From Tubiluchus corallicola (lineage: Eukaryota; Animalia; Priapulida), in NCBI GenBank assembly GCA_030141605.1, contig JAQGDQ010000261.1:124001-188000 (forward strand): a stretch of DNA of 64,000 nt, written 5' to 3'. Made by a program: the position numbers and the translations under genes. Every line of letters begins with the position of its first letter. Within the stretch, counting starts at the first letter, position 1. Shown here piece by piece: positions 26,419 through 39,963 of the stretch. Below the pieces are notes generated by a model, which was not told the origin of the DNA, did not search any database, and was given only the letters and a program-made list of their open reading frames with translations.

Positions 26419-27188
26419 TTAGTAACGATGAGGTCGCCCTCGACCAGCTGGTCCTTGTAATCTTTTGGGTCCCGGTGGACCCACAGCACCTGGGTCACCT
26501 TTATCGCCTTTGTCTCCTTTGTGTCCTTTATCACCTTTTGGACCTGGTAGGCCTACTGGGCCGGGCATGCCATCAATGCCAGGCTCACATGGCTCGCAAT
26601 GTTCACCTAGTGCACCATCTTTTCCAGGTATACCAGGCCATCCATCTAATCCAGGAACTCCTGGGTAACCACGTGGACCTGGTTCCCCAATTAATCCAGG
26701 TAGCCCATCAAGCCCATCAAATCCTGGCTTGCCAGGATAACCCTTGTCACCCTTATCACCTTTGGAGCCAGGTTGTCCTGGAGCTCCGTCCTGACCATCT
26801 TCACCATCATCTCCAGGATGGCCCTTTTCAACTTTTTCGCCTTTGTGACCTTTTTCACCCTTTTCACCTCTTAGCCCTGGTACGCCATCTCTGCCAAGCG
26901 CTCCCGGTGCGCCTGTCTCTCCTTTTTCACCAGGTATACCATGATCTCCTCTTCTACCGTCCTGTCCATCAGTACCTGGTATCCCAGGATCTCCTTTATG
27001 CCCTTTTTCTCCTTTGTCACCTTTATGTCCTTTATCACCATCGTTACCTGGATGTCCTGGTTGACCAGATTGTCCCGGCTGCCCTATCGGACCGTCATTT
27101 CCTTTGTGACCCTGAGGACCAGGTGGGCCTGTCACAGCTCTACCGGGTTCTCCTGGTGGTCCGGGAGGTCCAGGTGGACATCTGCAAT
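26419..27188 (-). CDS. Short secreted collagen B, triple-helix exon with stop; exon ends at donor 26418
   Basis: (D)[23 protein letters not shown]...GRGRPHRY*. Acceptor GTTTTTTTACAG|AT (AG at 27190-27189), phase 1. TAA at 26421-26419 then G|GTAAAA. Colinear paralog of collagen A, sharing [40 protein letters not shown]. Confidence 0.93.
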
Positions 27189-27725
27189 CTGTAAAAAAAC
27201 ACGTCAGAAATAATAAACCTTATATTATAACCTTCAATTTGATAATATAGTTTCAAATTGATAAACTTTCTTTATCATTTTAGCTGTAACAGAAAAGAAT
27301 AGGAGAAGCCTCGTATCACCACTGCCGTCGACGTGGCTAGGGCTTATCTTAGGAAATGCTGATCACAACTAGATGGTCTAGGAAAGAGCTGCATGTGGGT
27401 CCCCTGGGAGAAACCCCACCGCAAAAGCAAACCCCTGCATGAGTCCAAATCCGAAGCTTCTCCGTTGTTCTGAGATTTACGATCACCCTGCAAACACCCA
27501 AATCATGCGAAAGACTTTATCTTGTTCAATTCTATTTTTATTTGACATCAGAAACTTAGTTTCTTTGTTACTACAATCAACAGCAGATTATGTTCTATTG
27601 TATGTATTGCATGTAAAAAAACTTCAGGTATCAAAACTGTTTTCAACGTTTTCAACAACCTGATCAGCATAAGCTACTAGAGTAAACGAATTTGCAGTTT
27701 GTGTCTGTACAACAGGCGTGGCACA

Positions 27726-28000
27726 GTAGGGGAGACCGGGGCTGGTTGTAACACGGGTTTGTTGAGACAGCTTTTATATTTCCATCACCATTATCTAAGA
27801 CTATGGTTCTAAGGTTACCTAAGATTGTCTAAGGTTCATGGAAAGACTATGTAACAGTGACCTCGGGGCAGCCTTCATACTACATGAATGTCAGTAATGA
27901 CGAGTTTAGTGCAGCAGAGAACCGAGGCGGTTTTAACAGCTGAAAATAAAATTTTTGCTTTTTTTCGAATATTCGATCTACTAATTAAAATACGCTATTT
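27726..28000. mobile_element. Probable end of a pogo/Tc1-mariner-type DNA element
   Basis: cagtaggggagaccggggctggttgtaacacgggtttgttgagaca resembles pogo-like termini; partner TIR not located and right boundary arbitrary. Confidence 0.35.
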
Positions 28001-28537
28001 TCAAATTTTAATAAGAAGTAAATAAGAAAGTAATGACCTTCACCGCCCTGTAATCCTAATGATTAGTATGGAACCTTAGTATCTCTAAGTGACTGGAAAA
28101 AGCATGACAGCTCTCAATCGCTCTTGAAAAATGTACAGTCATCAACTTTGAGACTGTCATTCATAATACTCACTACTACTAGGATGGTGTCCTAATATCT
28201 AGTCAGCACGACGTGTACAAATTGTGTACAAATTTAAAATTTAACGATATGTGATCAAAATCATTTTAGATGTTTTTACAGAACACTGTGAAGGCTCACA
28301 TGTACGTACAGAACGCACAAAAAGTACGTACAGAAAAAATAAAAACACCACAGAAATACAGTTTACAAATAAAATCGGACACGTTAAGTAAACTCAGAAC
28401 TTCTAAAAAAGCGCCCTGCAATAAAATACAAAATCAAATGCAAATAAAATCAATTTTCAGACGATACGACCATCTTCCCACACTTAGATAACTTTTAAAT
28501 AAATAATGTCGTACTGCCTGCGAAATGCGGCTTCGCC

Positions 28538-30063
28538 TTGGGTATTAATGTACAATTGTGTTGCAAATGTAATGCATATTTGACTTCGGGCCGCAAATAT
28601 TCACAATACCCTAGTGTTATTATTACACTTTCTCAAGTGTGGCTTCTTACACTTCGTAAAACGATCGATACTTACTTTGACTGTGATGATACTGACTGTT
28701 ATGATCATAGCCATAGCTATCACGACCGCCACCATGTGGTCCTGAAAACAATCAAGTAAACCTTTAATTTGTTTCGTCCATTTGTAATATAAATATCAGT
28801 CATAAATCACACCGAACCGTTTTTGAGGTATTTTTTCGCGGCAGTTTTCCCATGTTCTCATGGTCTTTTTTAAGAATATTTGAGGGTGGTCTTCTGCCAC
28901 CCTTGAGCATTTTGAGATATTGGACCAACGAGTATTACATTGGAGAAGCGCATAATACGACAAACTAAAACCGGTAGGTTTGAGCAAATGAGAACATGAA
29001 GTAAACAAAATTGATTAAATTACTCTTCTAACACAACTATAAGACTGTAACAAGATTATAAAACAAATACAAAATGCTTTCATTTTTTTAAAATCTATAG
29101 AAACTTTTTTTTCGGGAATCACCATCACCACCATCAGGATATGCTCATCCACTGTTGGATGAATCCTTCTTCCCTAGCTCGCCACAGTGTCCTGAATTGG
29201 GCGTCACTCTGCCAACTAATTTTCTGATATTTCACAAGTTCATCGCGCCATCTTGTTGATGGACGTCCAGGATTCCTTCACCCATTATAAGGGCACCAGT
29301 CTGTTAACCGCCTAGTCCATCTATTGTCTTTAAATCTGGCCACATGACCAGCCCATTTCCATTTCATTTTCGCCACAAATTTAAGAATGTCTGTTGTTCT
29401 TGTTCGTTTGGGTATTGGGTAATGTACAATTGTGTTACAAATGTAATGCATATTTGACTTCGGGCCGCAAATATTCACAATACCCTAGTGTTATTATTAC
29501 ACTTTCTCAAGTGTGGCTTCTTACACTTCGTAAAACGATCGATACTTACTTTGACTGTGATGATACTGACTGTTATGATCATAGCCATAGCCATCACGAC
29601 CGCCACCATGTGGTCCTGAAAACAATCAATTAAACCTTTAATTTGTTTCGTCCATTTGTAATATAAATATCAGTCATAAATCACGAAATCACACCGAACC
29701 GTTTTTGAGGTATTTTTTCGCGGCAGTTTTCCCATGTTCTCATGGTCTCTTTTAAGAATATTTGAGGGTGGTCTTCTGCCACCCTTGAGCATTTTGAGAT
29801 ATTAGACCAACGAGTATTACATTGGAGAAGCGCATAATACGACAAACTAAAACCGATAGGTTTGAGCAAATGAAAACACGAAGTAAACAAAATTGATTAA
29901 ATTACTCTTTTAACACAACTATAAGACTGTAACAAGATTATAAAACAAATACAAAATGTTTCATTTTTTTAAAATCTATAGAAACTTTATGTTCGGGAAT
30001 CACCATCACCCATTTAAATTTTATTTTTGCCAAAAATTCAAGAAGGTCTGTTGTTCTTGTTCG
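28538..30063. repeat. Tandem duplication (copy 1 28538-29407; copy 2 29408-~30063 with an internal deletion)
   Basis: ORF pairs 28538/29394 and 28796/29681 are nearly identical; each copy ends in TTCGGGAATCAC plus RTE 3' sequence. Confidence 0.9.
29123..29407 (-). mobile_element. RTE-clade LINE 3' end (duplicated piece)
   Basis: RTRTTDILKFVAKMKWKWAGHVARFKDNRWTRRLTDWCP...GRPSTRWRDEL...EGFIQQW, with a (TGG/TGA)-type tail. Confidence 0.88.
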
Positions 30064-30858
30064 CTTTCGAATCTCTTCATGATTAATCTTGTCTTTCAAC
30101 GAAACATTCACTATTATACGCAATATACACTGATTCCAAATCTTTCTCTTTAGACAAGTTGGAATACGCCAGTACGATATATATCTTTATACTGTGAGTA
30201 TAAAGCCCAACCAGCATTCACTCTATTAGTTATCTCGTGGTCCATCTGATGTTCTCTTCTGATCTCCTGCCCTAAATATTTATAACTCTCCACGTGTTCT
30301 ATCTCATCTTGTCCAATGTTAACCTTCTCTCTAGTGGGATAGTTGGTCATTACTTTTGTTTGTCCTTGGTGCATTTTAAGGCCAATTCCTCAGCACTGCT
30401 CGTCTAAATCGTTCAACTGTTCCTCGAGATTATTCAGATTATTTGCGAATAAGGCGACATCATCTGCGAAGCGCAGATTACTGATGCTCTCACCGTAAAC
30501 TACTATACCAAAGTCATCAACGTTCAATTTTGAAAACACTTCTTCTAATGCAGCCGTGAAAAGTATTGAAGATATAGGATCTCCCTGCCTGACTCCTCTC
30601 TGAATGGGAATGAGACCTCGTCTTCCATGTGGATTTTTGCTGTTGCATGTGTGTATATATCCTTCAATATATCAATGTAGATCTTGTTGACACCGAAGTT
30701 TGTTAAGGTGCCAAGAAAAACTTCGTGTTCCACCGAGTCGAAGGCCTTTTCAAAGTCTATGTACCCAATATTCAATTTGATGTTATATTGTTTACAATTC
30801 GAGTGGAGGTGATCACAAGATTTATTGAGTGGAGATGATCACAAGTAGAATAACCACA
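30004..30858 (-). mobile_element. 5'-truncated RTE-clade LINE with 12-bp target-site duplication TTCGGGAATCAC
   Basis: GYSTCDHLH; YIDFEKAFDSVEH; GVRQGDPISSILF; LRFADDVAL; VESYKYLGQ. TTCGGGAATCAC at 29992-30003 and 30859-30870. Confidence 0.9.
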
Positions 30859-32044
30859 TTCGGGAATCACACTGACATAATTCAATTAAGAAGATCTAGT
30901 CATTTCTTCTAATGGTTATGTATGTCTTTTAAATTAGACCATTTCATTACTTTGTAATCATTTACTTATTCAGGTTATATCATTACTCTCACAAATTATG
31001 ACACTTCTTTAATAAATTTTAATTGGTTTAGCTCGTCATCTTTGGCTTCAATCGTCATTGCTTTCACAAATTAGTCATTTTGTTAGTTAAATTTGCTATT
31101 AATAACAACAATAATAATAAAAATACATTTGCAAAGTAAGTTGGCCGTTTAATCATTTAACAGTAAATTCTATTGTATTGTAAAGTGAAAGGTTGATTTA
31201 ATAAACTGCTGTAATAAATCATGAATAATAAAGCAAGACAGTAACATTTGTACAAGAAGTACCCGATTGTTAAGATTGAGAGTCATTGCTAGCGAAAGAA
31301 TCTGACAACACTTGGTATATACATGTAAATTAGAAATCCGTTCATTTTTATACATATGTTGATTTTTTATACTTTTTATATGAATAAGCTTCATAGCTAT
31401 ACATAGAAGATTATGAATATCAGTACAAAAATGAAAAACTACAAAACTCAGTCAGAATTAATTTTGTCTAAGTCCAAAATACTCTTCCTATTGTAGCAGC
31501 ATAACCCTATCACTGAAGAGTAGTACATGTAATCAAAACCATAACATCTAAATAATAGAGAAAGAATTATCGATGCAGGTTCCATAGAAGATAGATACAG
31601 AAATATAGACACATATATCATGGGGAAAGTGATAAAGCGAAAATCTTACAGTCTAAACATGAGACAATATAAGGGCATGGGCCGCTTCCAGGGGGATGGC
31701 GGTGATATTTAGCTCAGAAAATTTTTCTTCGCCCAAAATTTTTTTGTGGCAAAAAATCGATACTTCTGACAAAAAATATTAATAGTGCGATTGAATGATT
31801 GCGCCAATGGCACAAAAATTTTCAATGTTTTACAGTAAAAAAATCACAGGACAAATGATATTTTGGGGGAAGTCTGTCCCATATTTTTTGGGCATTCGCT
31901 CAGATTTAGGGCAATTTTCTTTGTGTCCTGGCTTGTACGCCTATGTAAGACAATGAGTAATAACTAGGTAATAACCTGTATATAACATTTACAAAGCATA
32001 GAAAATAAACAGTACATAAAACTATTTCCAGTCCTTGCAAGAAG

Positions 32045-35000
32045 CAATTTCCATTCCGTAGATATTTCATTTTTTTAAGATTGGAAGCGCTCTAAATGCG
32101 GTCCAGTGTATTTAGTACAGGCTAATAGATTCACAATATTCGTTTCGTGCGGATAACTAGTCAGAATACCGCATTTAACGCTGGTAAACAGCCCAGAAAA
32201 CGAACATTTTAGTTCAGCAGTGGCCGCCATCTTGAATGCTGGAATCCAATCCTGTCGGTAGTTTAACCAATGTGCTGGCCAGGCCCCTAGTTGCCAAAGA
32301 TGAATATTTATGACGTTTTGAAGTATTTTGACAAGATTTGACAACTCATGTTTATCTACACGAAGCTTTTTGATGAAGGTTGTTACCTATATTTTCACCC
32401 TGATATATGCCTCTTTCAGGGGTCATTTACAATAGGGTGGAAATTCGCTCCATCGAAATGTCACTGCAGCATAGTGGGATGGGATGCTCTATTCACATAC
32501 ATATCGATATTTTTGTCCCCGCCCCCGCAGTGGATGAGACATTGGATGAGACTTTGAAATGACTGAGTATTTGCATCTTGTGCGTAATGCGAGCTTAAAG
32601 ACCCCCAGTAGAGCCGAAAAAGGGGGGTTTGGGACAAAAGTCGAAATGTCATTTTGGAGAAGATAACAAGATCCAATACTGTGCAGAGTCAGATCTATTC
32701 AAACTCAGTGGTCGCTGCATGGCTAATCCTTCAAATATGAGTAAAAAATAGAGAAAAATAGGTATTTTTTCATGAAAATCGGCCTATGTCGTACCTCTGC
32801 TACTATGAGGAGTTGGACCAAACGGATTCACATAGTGAATACTAGTTACTAGTGGACCTCATACCCGAACTTTGGTCCGAATCGGTTACCTAGGATTGTG
32901 CCGGAATTTTTCGATTTTGCATGGTCTTCTCGCGGACGCGTTCTTAAATTTGAAAGTTTAGTTCATAAGGCATTGTTTTTACCCGTACCCGTCTGGAAGG
33001 AGTCCAGACAGCCATTTTCTGCATGGTTTTTGTTCAGCTAAATACGAACCGACAGTAATACATCAAGTAAGTATATGTGCAATAAGTATATCATGTCTGG
33101 AGTGATAATTTGGTGTATCTTCACTGTATCACCTATATCACTCACCTTGATTCCAGCACAATGGACGTCTGCAGCTTTGATACAAATAGTGAATAAGGCA
33201 GAATACTATAAAAATCAAGTTCCTTGCTGGCTAGTTTAATGACTTATTCAACAATGATGTCGTCAGCTTCGAATGTTGTTCAAAAGCTAAGTCTATCCTT
33301 TTGTTTAACTCAAGCTGTGTAATTTGTTTCTTCTGGTCACATTCTAGCTTTTTTCTTCTCGAAATTAAAGGTCGTTCTTTTTATATATTCACAAATTCTG
33401 GAAACCTCGTGAATAAAGTGTTTTCTTTTCTCGATAACAGTTAAACACAGCTTCTAAGTAGGTAAATTAAATGCAAATTAAATTATTATAATACTTATTA
33501 TAATTAAGAAATGTCTGCAACACCTCAACGAGGATGAACTACTTGTGGAATGTGAAACTCGGGGAAAGTGCAAGCACACGGGACGGAGAAAGTTTGTAAC
33601 GGGCAGGCACCCATATGGTTAGAAAACTATGAGCTAGAAAACAACATGTGTCCTCGTTGACGTACGTGTTGCAAACTTTTCTTTGTTTACAACAGCACCT
33701 TAAATATGAAAAACTTTTCGAATGTGAAACTCGGGGGAAAGTGCAAGCATACGGGAACAAGAAAGGGAAAGTCAACGTAAAACAGACGGGAACTATTCAT
33801 AGTGTTAATCACATTCTCTCTGGATTGATGCCACAAAACTCTATATATGATGTCATCTTTTAATGTGGAACTTTGTCCCCACATTCCTTTAATATTTCTT
33901 GTAACTGAGATTTTGTAAAACTAGACAATTCTTCCAATATGTATTGTTTTATTTCCCCTGACATATTTATACTTATACTTTTCATTCTAATATTGCAAAA
34001 ACAAAGAAATTCCGTGAATTTTTTGTCCACCTTGTACCAGTTTAATTTATGTAATTAAATTTTCGAGCCATACAGTACTATGATAAAAAAATTTGTACAG
34101 CAGAACTTTTAAATTATCTAGTATTAGCCGTATAGGGTAATTTTATTTGTATATCAACTTCTGGACCAACCTGTACACATTTATTACAGGTAAAATGTGA
34201 TCACCTGTAAAACTTGTGAAATATGGGCCGTTTTGTGCTGGTTTGCGCCTGATTTGTATATAGAATAACTTGCTTTAAGCAGCTGTGTTAAAATTCTGCA
34301 TAAACCAAAACACTTAAATTGTTATTGCTCAGGGTGTTATCAGCTGTACAACAGCTCTGTCATTTTTTAGCAACGTGCAAAGTTACGATTAACGGCTTTG
34401 AAGATAGATGTTTAATTTGCCGTATACCGCACGTCGCATAAGATTATAGCGTACAAAGCTGTTATAACGTACAATGAAGAGCTTCTGCTGGTTGCAAAAA
34501 ATTTTCCACTCTTGAATTTGAACTGTATACCAGAAAATCAAAGCTAACATTAATGCGAAAACACCCCTATAAAAATATTGCACCTCAAAACTAGCTGTGA
34601 AATTACCGTGCGTTCTCCACGTCAACGAAAATAGGTCAAGGCAGGTGCAAGGTTACTTATGAACTGTCAACACAATTAGATAAACTGGCTTCTTTACACC
34701 AAACGGAAAGTATCACATTAAAGAAAATAATTATCTGACGAAAACATAATATAGGTTAGCAACATGCATGGGCGCCGCCAGAGTTTAAAAAATTTGACGC
34801 ACAAACAGCCAAGTGGTCTGTGGGAGCGAGTTCCCTCAGGGGCGTCCGGCCCGGCCACCAACACATTTTTCTGTATTTATGGTACCACTGGCAGTACGTA
34901 TGCGACAACGTGTAGCTCAATTAACTTGTTATTCAATTTACCAATATCGTTTCCCAACTTATCAGGAACCTTTGATACTTCGGAATTATCAGTTTTGGTT

Positions 35001-38000
35001 TTACTTTTTGCGCTTTTTCTCCAATATCAATTGACGGGTTTCATAACAGTTATAAGTTACTTACCTCTGCCATAACCCCGACCGCCATGACCACCTCCTC
35101 GATCTAACGAATCAGGGAACAACTCAGCTACCTGTCGTAGATCACTCTCTGGGGCCGGGTCATCATCTAAAAAATACGGCCAAAACGCGTTTAAACATAC
35201 AACGAATTCCCGTTCTTTTTAGCAAAATGTCTGATTTATTTGACGTTTTTTAATGTGGCGCATGTGCGTGCAAAAAAGCTGATATTAATGAAGGGAAATG
35301 AAGGTAGAGAAGCCTTTATTTATTATTACCAAATTGGGTTACTTATTTGAATAATTTTTACAGTGCTGAAGCCGAAATAGCAAACGATTGTCACAAACTC
35401 TCAAATACACTGGCAGAGATTCGAAAGCTGTAACCATATTTGATTAAGCTGCTTTGTACTGATTTATTGATCTATTGACCCGAAAGTCACACACACACAC
35501 ACGCACGCACGCACACAATAATTTATATGCATATACAATATATTATATATTATACATATCGGATACTTACATTAGCAAAAGACATAAAAATACAAATATT
35601 AAAAAGTAATAAAAGCATTGTAACTTATGGCGGACTAAGACAGCCATAATTTTACGAAAGTTATTATAAAAAGCTTACCCATAAAGGCATAAAACGGTAT
35701 TGTATATCATAAAATACCATTTACCTTTTCTTTAAAACTTAAACATGAAGAGAGTTTAATTATTTGATTCACCGTGCAGATTGTTGTATAACAATGGAGA
35801 CTTTTGTACGCAATGAAATATCTAATTACATCGGCTCTTACTGGCAGAACGTGGTAATCATTAAACTGTATTACATGTATACAGAGTATTTGTAAAATTG
35901 ATGGACAAGATAACACTCCATTAAGGACAAATCAGGACGGACTGAGTTCACAAATGAGTTTTTGTAAATGATATGATTGTCAGGACAGGCTCTACCACTA
36001 AGCAAACTAAACAATTTCCATTCCGTAGATATTTCATTTTTCTGAAGATGGAAGCGCTATAAATGCGGTCCAGTGTCTTTGGTACAGGCTAATAGATTCA
36101 CAATATTCGTTTCGTGCGGATAACTAGTCAGAATACCGCATTTAACCCTGGTAAACAGCCCAGAAAACGAACATTTTAGTTCAGCAGTGGCCGCCATCTT
36201 GAATGCTGGAATCCAATCCTGTCGGTAGTTTAACCAATGTGCTGACCAGGCCCCTAGTTGCCAAAGATGAATATTTATGACGTTTTGAAGTATTTTGACA
36301 AGATTTGACAACTCATGTTTATCTACACGAAGCTTTTTGATGAAGGTTGTTACCTATATTTTCACCCTGATATATGCCTCTTTTAGAAGTCATTTATAAT
36401 AGGGTGGAAATTCGCTCCATCGAAATTGTCACTACAGCATAGTGGGATGGGATGCTCTATTCACATACATATCAATATTTTTGTCCCCGCCCCCGCAGTG
36501 GGTGAGATATAAGACTTTAAAATGACTGAGTAGTTGCATCTTGCGCGTAATGCGAGCTTAAAGACCCCCAGTAGAGCCGAGAGAGGGGGGTTTGGGACAA
36601 AAGTCGAAATGTCATTTTGGAGAAGATAACAAGATCCAATACTGTGCAGAGTCAGATCTATTCAAACTCAGTGGTCGCTGCATGGCTAATCCTTCAAATA
36701 TGAGTAAAAAATAGAGAAAAATAGGTATTTTTTCATGAAAATCGGCCTATGCCGTACCTCTGCTAATATGAGGAGTTGGACCAAACGGATTCACATAGTG
36801 AATACTAGTGACTAGTGGACCTCATACCCGAACTTTGGTCCGAATCGGTTACCTAGCCTTGTGCCGGAATTTTTCGATTTTGCATGGTCTTCTCGCGGAC
36901 GCGTTCTTAAATTTGAAAGTTTAGTTCATAAGGCATTGTTTTTACCCGTACCCGTCTGGAAGGAGTCCAGACAGCCATTTTCTGCATGGTTTTTGTTCAG
37001 CTAAATACGAACCGACAGTAATACATCAAGTAAGTATATGTGCAATAAGTATATCATGTCTGGAGTGATAATTTGGTGTATCTTCACAGTATCACCTATA
37101 TCACTCACCTTGATTCCAGCACAATGGACGTCTGCAGCTTTGATACAAATAGTGAATAAGGCAGAATACTATAAAAATCAAGTTCCTTGCTGGCTAGTTT
37201 AATGACTTATTCAACAATGATGTCGTCAGCTTCGAATGTTGTTCAAAAGTCTATCCTTTTGTTTAACTCAAGCTGTGTAATTTGTTTCTTCTGGTCACAT
37301 TCTAGCTTTTTTCTTCTCGAAATTAAAGGTCGTTCTTTTTATATATTCACAAATTCTGGAAACCTCGTGAATAAAGTGTTTTCTTTTCTCGGTAACAGTT
37401 AAACACAGCTTCTAAGTAGGTAAATTAAATGCAAATTAAATTATTATAATACTTATTATAATTAAGAAATGTCTGCAACACCTCAACGAGGATGAACTAC
37501 TTGTGGAATGTGAAACTCGGGGAAAGTGCAAGCACACGGGACGGAGAAAGTTTGTAACGGGCAGGCACCCATATGGTTAGAAAACTATGAGCTAGAAAAC
37601 AACATGTGTCCTCGTTGACGTACGTGTTGCAAACTTTTCTTTGTTTACAACAGCACCTTAAATATGAAAAACTTTTCGAATGTGAAACTCGGGGGAAAGT
37701 GCGAGCATACGGGAACAAGAAAGGGAAAGTCAACGTAAAACAGACGGGAACTATTCATAGTGTTAATCACATTCTCTCTGGATTGATGCCACAAAACTCT
37801 ATATATGATGTCATCTTTTAATGTGGAACTTTGTCCCCACATTCCTTTAATATTTCTTGTAACTGAGATTTTGTAAAACTAGACAATTCTTCCAATATGT
37901 ATTGTTTTATTTCCCCTGACATATTTATACTTATACTTTTCATTCTAATATTTCAAAAACAAAGAAATTCCGTGAATTTTTTGTCCACCTTGTACCAGTT

Positions 38001-39963
38001 TAATTTATGTAATTAAATTTTCGAGCCATACAGTACTATGATAATAAAATTTGTACAGCAGAACTTTTAAATTATCTAGTATTAGCCATATAAGGTAATT
38101 TTATTTGTATATCAACTTCTGGACCAACCTGTAAAATGTGATCACCTGTAAAACTTGTGAAATATGGGCCATTTTGTGCTGGTTTGTGCCTGATTTGTAT
38201 ATAGAATAACTTGCTTTAAGCAGCTGTGTTAAAATTCTGCATAAACCAAAACACTTAAATTGTTATTGCTCAGGGTGTTATCAGCTGTACAAAAGCTCTG
38301 TTATTTTTTAGCAACGTGCAAAGTTACGATTAACGGCTTTGAAGATAGATGTTTAATTTGCCGTATACCGCACGTCGCATAAGCTTATAGCGTACAAAGC
38401 TGTTATAACGTACAATGAAGAGCTTCTGCTGGTTGCAAAAAATTTTCCACTCTTGAATTTGAACTGTATACCAGAAAATCAAAGCTAACATTAATGCGAA
38501 AACACCCCTATAAAAATATTGCACCTCAAAACTAGCTGTGAAATTACCGTGCGTTCTCCACGTCAACGAAAATAGGTCAAGGCAGGTGCAAGGTTACTTA
38601 TGAACTGTCAACACAATTAGATAAACTGGCTTCTTTACACCAAACGGAAAGTATCACATTAAAGAAAATAATTATCTGACGAAAACATAATATAGGTTAG
38701 CAACATGCATGGGCGCCGCCAGAGTTTAAAAAATTTGACGCACAAACAGCCAAGTGGTCTGTGGGAGCGAGTTCCCTCAGGGGCGTCCGGCCCGGCCACC
38801 AACACATTTTTCTGTATTTATTGTATCACTGGCAGTACGTATGCGACAACGTGTAGTTCAATTAACTTGTTATTCAATTTACCAATATCGTTTGCCAACT
38901 TGTCAGGAACCTTTGATACTTCGGAATTATCAGTTTTGGTTTTACTTTTTGCGCTTTTTCTCCAATATCAATAGACGGATTTCATAACAGTTATAAGTTA
39001 CTTACCTCTGCCATAACCCCGACCGCGTTCTCGACCTAACGAATCAGGGAACAACTCAGGTAGCTGTCGTAGAACACTCTCTAAGTCCTGGTCATCATCT
39101 AAAAATACGGCCAAAACGCGTTAAACATACAACGAATTCCCATTCTTTTTAGCTAAATGTCTGATTTATTTTGATTTTTTTTGGTTTTTAATGCGGCGCA
39201 TGTGCGTGCAAAAAAGCTGATATGAATGAAGGGAAATGAAGATAGAGAAGCCTTTATTTATTATTACCAAATTGGGTTACTTATTTGAATAATTTTTACA
39301 GTGCTGATGCCGAAAAGCAAACGATTGTCACAAACTCTCAAACACACTAGCAGAGATTCGAAAGCTATAACCGAATTTGATTAAGCTGCTTTGTACTCAA
39401 AATACACACACACACGCACGCACGCGCGCGCACACACACACACAAAATATATTATACATATCGGATACTTACATTAGTAAAAGAAATAAAAACACAAATA
39501 TTAAAAAATAATAAAAGCATTATAACTTATGGCTGGCTAAGACAGCCATAATTTTACGAAAGTAAAATAAAGCATGTAAATAGTTATTATAAAAAGCTTA
39601 CCCATAAAGGCATAAAACGGTATTGTATATCATAAAATACCATTTACCTTTTCTTTAAAACTTAAACATGAAGACAGTTTAATTATTTGACATCACTTTG
39701 CAGATTATTGTATAACAATGGAGACTTTTGTACGCAATGAAATATCTAATTACATCGGTTCTTACAGGCGGAGCGTGGTAATCATTAAACTGCCTTGTAT
39801 TACATGTATACAGAGTATTTGTAAAATTGATGGACAAGATAACACTCCATTAAGGACACATCAGGACGGACTGGGTTCACAAATGAGTTGGATGATTGTG
39901 GATTTGTGGATCCATTTGTGGATGATATGATTGTCAGGACCGGCTCTACCACTAAGCAAACTA
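32045..39963. repeat. ~3.96-kb head-to-tail tandem duplication (32045-36011 / 36012-39963) inside collagen B intron 2
   Basis: Both copies start caatttccattccgtagatatttc and end ggctctaccactaagcaaacta; paired ORFs (32075/36057, 33539/37497, 34389/38330, 34764/38705) are almost identical, with scattered SNPs and indels. Confidence 0.95.

Noticed and set aside
26391-27213. Long plus-strand ORFs opposite the collagen exons (also 1947-2885)
   Set aside because: Antisense shadows of stop-poor Gly-X-Y codon periodicity.
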